A stretch of 49,646 nucleotides of DNA from a virus. Numbering within the stretch: position 1 is the stretch's first letter; each line of letters starts with the position of its first letter. The notes beneath the pieces are model-generated. The model had not been told where the DNA came from. It saw nothing but the letters and a program-made list of their open reading frames with translations, and ran no database searches. A program made the position numbers and the translations under genes. The DNA lies in IMG/VR virus record IMGVR_UViG_3300045988_091802. One strand, 5' to 3'. Shown piece after piece: positions 44,386 to 49,646 of the stretch.

Positions 44386-44674
44386 CACAAGGGTAATAGA
44401 CCTGACGCTCGGCGAACTTTTGGACGCAATAGAAGCAAGGATAAGGGAAACCCGGAAAGAAGACGCGCAAGGCGAAGACAACACGCCTAAGCCAAAACGG
44501 TTTGTTTACGGGTTGAAGGGATTGCAAAAACTTTTTGGGTGCAGCAAAACAACAGCTTCACGCATTAAGGCATCCGGCAAGATAGACAAGGCTATAACGC
44601 AAGTTGGAGCATTGATAATAATCGACGCTGATATGGCTTTGGAACTTGCAGGGAAAAACAAAGGGAAACAATAA
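44366..44674 (+). CDS. DUF3853/excisionase-like HTH protein
   Basis: ..LFGCSKTTASRIKASGKIDKAITQVG..IIDADMALELAG resembles Bacteroides HTH_17/DUF3853 proteins, from memory. Confidence 0.5.
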   Translation: MSKNSINTRVIDLTLGELLDAIEARIRETRKEDAQGEDNTPKPKRFVYGLKGLQKLFGCSKTTASRIKASGKIDKAITQVGALIIIDADMALELAGKNKGKQ

Positions 44675-44694
44675 CTTTTTAATAATTCAGCTAT

Positions 44695-46755
44695 ATGAAT
44701 AAACAAGTAATCATTAAGCGTTTGACGCTTGTAAACTTCAAGGGTTTACGGAATGTCGCAATAGATTTTAGCGACAATGTTACAACCATTAGCGGACGTA
44801 ACGGAACTGGTAAAACAACTATCAAAGACGCTTTTAGTTGGCTTCTTTGGGGTAAGAACAGCGAAGGCGACACCGATAGCAAGTTTGGCATCAAGACCAA
44901 CGACGCGGACGGTAATTTTATTCCCGACCTCGAACACGGCGTTACGGGTGTGTTTGAAATCATAGACAAAGAAACGGGAGCGGTTGAAACCGTAGAACTT
45001 CGCCGCGTACTTGTAGAAGAATGGAAAGTACCCAACGGGGAAACAAAGCGTGTGCTGAAAGGACACCACACCGACTTTTTCTATAACGGTGTGCCATTGA
45101 AGACGAAAGCGGAATACGAAGCGCGGATTAACGCCATCATTCCCGAAGCAGTCTTTAAGATTATTACAGACCCCTACTATTTCCTTACGCTTCATTGGAA
45201 GGCACAGCGTGAAATGCTTTTGCAGATAGCAGGGAACGTAAGCGAAGAAGAAGTAGCGAGAGGTAGCGAACGTTTTGCCCTATTGCTTGCGCAGCTTACC
45301 GGAAAATCATTGGAAGACTATAAGCGAGAGGTAGCCGCAAAGAAAGCCAAGGTAAACGAACAACTCGAAAAGATACCGACAGCCATAAACGCAATTACAC
45401 AGGTTACGCCGGAAGCACCGGATTACGAAGCGTTGGAGAAAGAAAAGGCAGCTTTGGAAGTGGAGCTTACACAAATAGACGAATCGGTAGCATCGGAAGC
45501 GGAAGCCAACCGGATAGCCTACGAGAAAGCATCGAAGACGCAAGCGGAGATTAACGCGAAACGGACACAGCAACAGAAACTGTTATTTGAAGCCAAAGAC
45601 AAGGCGAGAAGCGAAGCGTATAAGAAAAACGAAGCCTACAACAAGGCAGAACGTGAACTGCGCCAAGTGGAATCAGACCAAACGAACGAAGAACGGCGGT
45701 ACAACGCGGAGCGTTCCCGGCTTCAAGATGACATCAGACGCACGGAAGAAAACAAAAGCAGATACAAGGCGCAACAGGACGAACTGCGCGAAAAGTGGTA
45801 TTCGGTAAGTGCGGAAGAATTTACAGACACTTCCAACCTTGTATGTCCGTTGTTCAAACACGTATGCGCAGACCGGGAAGCATTAGAAAAATACGAAGCA
45901 GACCGGGAAGCAGCTCGAAACAAGTTCTACGAAGACAAACAGGCGCGGCTCGACAACATAAACAAGACCGGAACGCAGCTTACCCAAACGATAGAGGAAC
46001 AAGATGCGGAAATAGCACGGCTTCAAGGATTGTTAGCCGAAACGGAAGAAAAGCACAAAACCGAAGTTTCCGGCTTCGCGGAAAAGCGCGAACAGTTGAA
46101 AAAGACGATGGACGCTAACCCACGTGTAAGCACAGAACCGAATATCAAAGGGGAAGACATACCCGAATGGGTTACGCTTCAAAGCGAGATAGAAACGCTT
46201 TCCGCCGGGCTTCCGAAACAGGATAGCACAACAGCGACCAATACCTCCGTACTTCGCAAGCGTAAGGCAGAAATAACCGCACGGCTTGACGAAGTAAAAC
46301 AGAAATTGAACATTCGCGCAACCATTGAAACCAACGAAAAGCGGATTAAGGAGCTTAAAGCGGAAGCGGAAACGCTGGCGCAGGAAAAAGCCAACTTGCA
46401 GACCGAAGAAACCACAATAGACGATTTTGTTACGGCGCAGATGAACGAAGTAGAACGGCGCGTAAACGCATTGTTTAGCCGGGTACAGTTCAAGATGTAC
46501 CGGACGCAGATAGAAGACGCGAAGCAAGTACCGGACTGCATTTGCTACATAGACGGCGTGAAGTATTCAGACAAGAACGCCGCCGGGAAAGTAAACGCCG
46601 GGCTTGACGTGATTAACACGCTTTGCGCGTTCCACGGGGTAAGCGCACCTATTTTCGTGGATAACGCAGAAAGCATCAACGAATTTATACCGGTAAACAG
46701 CCAACTCGTAAAGTTGGTGGTAACTACCGAAGACTTCAAGGTAAACAATTTCTAA
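44695..46755 (+). CDS. SMC/SbcC/Rad50-like AAA ATPase (recombination)
   Basis: N-terminal Walker A (ISGRNGTGKTT), long coiled coil, C-terminal ..IFVDNAESI... Confidence 0.75.
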   Translation: MNKQVIIKRLTLVNFKGLRNVAIDFSDNVTTISGRNGTGKTTIKDAFSWLLWGKNSEGDTDSKFGIKTNDADGNFIPDLEHGVTGVFEIIDKETGAVETVELRRVLVEEWKVPNGETKRVLKGHHTDFFYNGVPLKTKAEYEARINAIIPEAVFKIITDPYYFLTLHWKAQREMLLQIAGNVSEEEVARGSERFALLLAQLTGKSLEDYKREVAAKKAKVNEQLEKIPTAINAITQVTPEAPDYEALEKEKAALEVELTQIDESVASEAEANRIAYEKASKTQAEINAKRTQQQKLLFEAKDKARSEAYKKNEAYNKAERELRQVESDQTNEERRYNAERSRLQDDIRRTEENKSRYKAQQDELREKWYSVSAEEFTDTSNLVCPLFKHVCADREALEKYEADREAARNKFYEDKQARLDNINKTGTQLTQTIEEQDAEIARLQGLLAETEEKHKTEVSGFAEKREQLKKTMDANPRVSTEPNIKGEDIPEWVTLQSEIETLSAGLPKQDSTTATNTSVLRKRKAEITARLDEVKQKLNIRATIETNEKRIKELKAEAETLAQEKANLQTEETTIDDFVTAQMNEVERRVNALFSRVQFKMYRTQIEDAKQVPDCICYIDGVKYSDKNAAGKVNAGLDVINTLCAFHGVSAPIFVDNAESINEFIPVNSQLVKLVVTTEDFKVNNF

Positions 46756-46774
46756 CCAATAAAAGAATAGCAAT

Positions 46775-47515
46775 ATGAATTACAAAGAAATCAAGTCCTA
46801 CGAGGACGCTTGTAAGGTTTTGGGCGTTCAGCCCATCAGTGAAAACGCGGTAGCAGCTTTCCCGGCAGAAGACCGAAAAAGTATGTTAGCTTACCATAAG
46901 CTGACAATAATAGCACGAGCCATTAACGGAGGGTGGAAGCCGGATTGGAACAACAGAAGCCAATACAAGTATTACCCAGTATTCTACTACGAACATGCCG
47001 GGCTCTCGTATGCGGCTGCGAATTACGCGGCTTCGAATACGGTTGCGAACTTCGGCTCTCGGCTTTGCTTTCAAACGGAAGCGATGAGCGACTACGCCGC
47101 CGCCACGTTCGCCGACCTATACACGGACTTCTATTGCCTTCCGGCTTCGGTGGAGAAAGAAGAAAGCCAACAGAGTAACAAGCAGCCCGGCGACTTCTTG
47201 AAAATGGCAACTGATATTATAGAAACACAGTTGCAGCCGTTGGCGCAGGAAAAGAAAACGCGCGGTGTTGTGCTGATTGCTTGCGACGCGGACACGACGG
47301 ACGAAAAAGGAGAAAGCGCAACCGGGGCAATTATTGGAATTGTCGGAAACGGAAAAGCGTTGGCACACGGAGTAGCCGAACTTATGACGCGGAAAGAATC
47401 CGCACCGCTTGTAAAACAGGCTACGGAACTTATAGCGATGCAAAGACTACAAGAGCGGATTAAGCAAGAGGGCTCGAAGTTCCTCGCGGAATTATTCACA
47501 CAACAAGAAAAATAG
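46775..47515 (+). CDS. DGR variable protein 3, a small non-structural paralog with the VR in mid-protein
   Basis: Contains VR3 (..AGLSYAAANYAASNTVANFGSRLCF..) at residues about 75-99 of 246. Paralog of the junction-spanning protein. Confidence 0.8.
   Translation: MNYKEIKSYEDACKVLGVQPISENAVAAFPAEDRKSMLAYHKLTIIARAINGGWKPDWNNRSQYKYYPVFYYEHAGLSYAAANYAASNTVANFGSRLCFQTEAMSDYAAATFADLYTDFYCLPASVEKEESQQSNKQPGDFLKMATDIIETQLQPLAQEKKTRGVVLIACDADTTDEKGESATGAIIGIVGNGKALAHGVAELMTRKESAPLVKQATELIAMQRLQERIKQEGSKFLAELFTQQEK
46997..47069 (+). repeat. DGR variable repeat VR3, aligned to TR 36433-36505
   Basis: Hand alignment of 73 bp gives 12 mismatches, all at TR adenines. Confidence 0.88.
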
Positions 47516-47517
47516 AA

Positions 47518-48357
47518 ATGACCATGTGCAATATAAAAGAGTTACCAAGTGCAGCCATAGAAGAAGCCAAAGGCAAGTTTGAAATGGCTTGCAAAGAAGC
47601 TATGACGTTGGAAATAGTGGGAAACGTTGCGGCAGCGTTCAACGCGGTAGGAGTTGTAACGCTACTTCGCGAAGCATTGACAAACGACATAATGGACGCA
47701 GTTTTTATGCCGCTTATGAACACTAAAATAGGCTTTATGACCGACCACACGGGAAAGCCAAACAGCAAGGGACAGACTTTGCCGCTTTATTCGCGCGACG
47801 TTGTACGCGATTGCATTATAGACGCGGTTATTATTGGCTTGCTTCCAACAGGAAACCAATTTAACATATTGGCGGAAAGGATGTACCCAACGAAGGAAGG
47901 ATATACCGCGCTTCTTAAAAAATTGGGCGTTAGGTATATTATTGAGATTGGGCAAGACAAGAGCCAAAGCCCACAATACGCGGAACTTGCCTGTAAGATT
48001 AACTACGAGTACAACGGGGAAAAGAACAGTTTTACCGTGAACACAACCGTAGCAAAGAACGCTTACAGCAGCAACGACCAGATACGGGGGAAAGCGGAAC
48101 GCAAGGCGAAGAAAGCGTTATACGAATACATTACCGGCTCGGACTTCGGGGACGGGGACGAATCAAGTACGGTAGTGGTGGATGCTGTTGCAGTTGAAAT
48201 TAGGGATGAAGCGAACAAGGGCGAAGCTATCGGGATAGACCAAGCGACGGAGGAAAAAAACGTTATTGCAGAGGATAAACCGCAGCCACAACCCCAGCCG
48301 CGACCACAACCGCAGAAGGCAAACGAAAGAAGCAACAACGCTAAACCGGCTTTCTGA
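47518..48357 (+). CDS. Putative recombination (single-strand annealing-like) protein
   Basis: Called on position only: it lies between the SbcC-like ATPase and the MBL hydrolase. Has a PQ-repeat tail. Confidence 0.3.
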   Translation: MTMCNIKELPSAAIEEAKGKFEMACKEAMTLEIVGNVAAAFNAVGVVTLLREALTNDIMDAVFMPLMNTKIGFMTDHTGKPNSKGQTLPLYSRDVVRDCIIDAVIIGLLPTGNQFNILAERMYPTKEGYTALLKKLGVRYIIEIGQDKSQSPQYAELACKINYEYNGEKNSFTVNTTVAKNAYSSNDQIRGKAERKAKKALYEYITGSDFGDGDESSTVVVDAVAVEIRDEANKGEAIGIDQATEEKNVIAEDKPQPQPQPRPQPQKANERSNNAKPAF

Positions 48358-48359
48358 TT

Positions 48360-49118
48360 ATGGAACTTACCGTTATATCTTCAAGCAGCGAAGGCAACTC
48401 CTACGTTTTACAGAACGCAGGGGAAGCCTTGCTGCTCGAAGCCGGTAAGCCGTTCAAGGACACATTAGCGGCATTGGGCGGCAATTTACGCAAGGTGGTA
48501 GGATGCTTGATAACGCACGAACACGGCGACCACGCCGGACGCATAAGCGAGGTACTTAATTACGCCGTACCTGTATTCGCTTCACAAGGAACGATAGAAG
48601 GAGCGGCAAAGTACATAAAGAGCAACTACCAACCAAACGCGATTAAAGCCATTGGCGGAGGTTACGAACGGTTGAACTTGGGCGGATTTACGGTTATACC
48701 GTTCCCGGCAAAGCACGATGCGGCAGAACCGCTCGGCTTCTACATTTGGCACGAAGAAACAGGCGGTATCTTGTTCGCTACCGACACCTACTATCTTCCT
48801 TGCACGTTCAAGGGGTTAAGCAACATTCTTATAGAGTGCAACTATGACCCGGATATATTGGCGCGTAGGGTTGCAAACGGAGATATACCGGAAGTTCTGC
48901 AGGAACGGGTAAGACGCAGCCACCTCAGTTATTACACTTGTTTAGACGCATTGAGGGCGAACGACCTTACAGCGGTAAACAACATTGTATTAATCCATAT
49001 CAGCGACGGAAACGGCGACGGTGTGGCATTTCGGGAAGGCATAGCGAAAGCAACCGGTAAAACGGTGCATATAGCGAAGCCCGGATTAAAAATCAAATTC
49101 AACAAAACACCATTTTAG
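48360..49118 (+). CDS. Metallo-beta-lactamase fold hydrolase/nuclease
   Basis: HxHxDH motif (ITHEHGDHAG). Confidence 0.75.
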   Translation: MELTVISSSSEGNSYVLQNAGEALLLEAGKPFKDTLAALGGNLRKVVGCLITHEHGDHAGRISEVLNYAVPVFASQGTIEGAAKYIKSNYQPNAIKAIGGGYERLNLGGFTVIPFPAKHDAAEPLGFYIWHEETGGILFATDTYYLPCTFKGLSNILIECNYDPDILARRVANGDIPEVLQERVRRSHLSYYTCLDALRANDLTAVNNIVLIHISDGNGDGVAFREGIAKATGKTVHIAKPGLKIKFNKTPF

Positions 49119-49120
49119 CT

Positions 49121-49519
49121 ATGCTCAAAGGATTTGATAAAGAGACCCAACCGCTTACCGAGTACGAAGAAAAGGAACTTTTACCCGTCATATTAGCCGG
49201 GTTAAAGACCAAGACAGGAAAGGACAACGCGGTAACAAACCGAACGATTGTAATGCGGCTTACCATAGCCGGGTACAAGATAGACGAAGCCCGATGCAGG
49301 AAGATAATAAACCACATACGGACTACCGACGCTTTACCCGGATTGATAGCTACCTCCGGCGGCTACTTTTTGGCAACGACCGAAAATGAACTGATGGACT
49401 ACGAAGAAAGCCTTTTAGGGCGCGAAAACGCAATAAAAGAAGTGCGTTTAGCCATAGCAAGGCAACGTAGGATATTGTACGGCGACGCGCAGAAGCCGAA
49501 AGAAGGAACATTGTTTTAA
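49121..49519 (+). CDS. Hypothetical protein
   Basis: 132-aa ORF packed tightly after the MBL gene. Confidence 0.55.
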   Translation: MLKGFDKETQPLTEYEEKELLPVILAGLKTKTGKDNAVTNRTIVMRLTIAGYKIDEARCRKIINHIRTTDALPGLIATSGGYFLATTENELMDYEESLLGRENAIKEVRLAIARQRRILYGDAQKPKEGTLF

Positions 49520-49538
49520 TTCATAAATTCATAGAAAG

Positions 49539-49646
49539 ATGAAAAAGATTTTTTTGTACAAACTTCTTGAAGACCAAGAAACGGAACTTATAGGACGCTT
49601 TGACACGTTGAAAGAAGCGCAAGAAAAGGTAATAGAAATGACCGAG
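49539..49646 (+). CDS. 5' end of DGR variable protein 2, continuing at base 100 of the window through the circular junction
   Basis: ATG 49539 (MKKIFLYKLLEDQ...). Bases 49548-49646 duplicate 1-99. Confidence 0.75.
   Translation, partial: MKKIFLYKLLEDQETELIGRFDTLKEAQEKVIEMTE

Larger units (their letters stand above)
1..49646 (+). mobile_element. Complete temperate siphovirus-like phage genome, circularly closed or terminally redundant; probable Bacteroidales host
   Basis: Full set of phage modules is present (terS/terL/portal/MuF/scaffold/capsid/tail/tape measure/lysis/integrase/repressor). The window ends overlap by 99 bp. Confidence 0.85.

Noticed and set aside
1-49646. Alternative genetic code (TAG or TGA reassignment), as seen in some Bacteroidales phages
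   Set aside because: Long uninterrupted ORFs with recognisable motifs are obtained with the standard code across the whole genome. No module is fragmented by in-frame stops.
1-49646. tRNA, rRNA or tmRNA genes
   Set aside because: Scanning the intergenic regions by eye showed no cloverleaf-compatible segment and no GTTCGAATC-type T-arm. tRNAscan-SE would be needed to exclude them formally.

Overview
The window is a complete temperate siphovirus-like phage genome. Bases 1-99 are identical to 49548-49646, so the unique circular length is 49,547 bp. The host is probably Bacteroidales, judging from a Bacteroidetes-type tyrosine integrase, TAnnTTTG -7 promoter boxes, and DUF3873/DUF3853-like early proteins. 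Almost all genes are on the + strand. The modules run in this order: (i) replication, recombination and DNA modification (43.1 kb through the junction to 10.5 kb), (ii) packaging and head (10.6-21.2 kb), interrupted by a leftward cassette of small genes (16.45-18.5 kb), (iii) connector, tail, tape measure and tail tip (21.2-34.2 kb), (iv) a diversity-generating retroelement (DGR, 34.3-37.7 kb), (v) lysis (38.0-40.0 kb), and (vi) attP, integrase and the immunity switch (40.0-43.1 kb, mostly - strand). The main finding is the DGR. One reverse transcriptase and one 113-bp template repeat (TR, 36393-36505) match three variable repeats, and the mismatches fall almost only at TR adenines. VR1 lies at the C-terminus of the adjacent tail-fibre-like protein. 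VR2 (391-463) and VR3 (46997-47069) lie 10-14 kb away, inside two small paralogous proteins in the early recombination/replication operon. Both remote VRs use only the 3' 73 nt of the TR. Diversification of apparently non-structural early proteins is unusual. Other signals: a 15-bp imperfect palindrome (GTATCAnnnTAATAC) in seven intergenic positions; a conserved three-part promoter architecture upstream of three operons, including the DGR operon; and two helically phased short-repeat arrays, each followed by a diverged copy of the same AT-rich/GTTGTT/GCGCGYGCGC module, which are origin-like. No tRNA, rRNA or CRISPR array was recognised by eye. All function calls rest on motifs I can read in the translations and on gene order. 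No database search was run.
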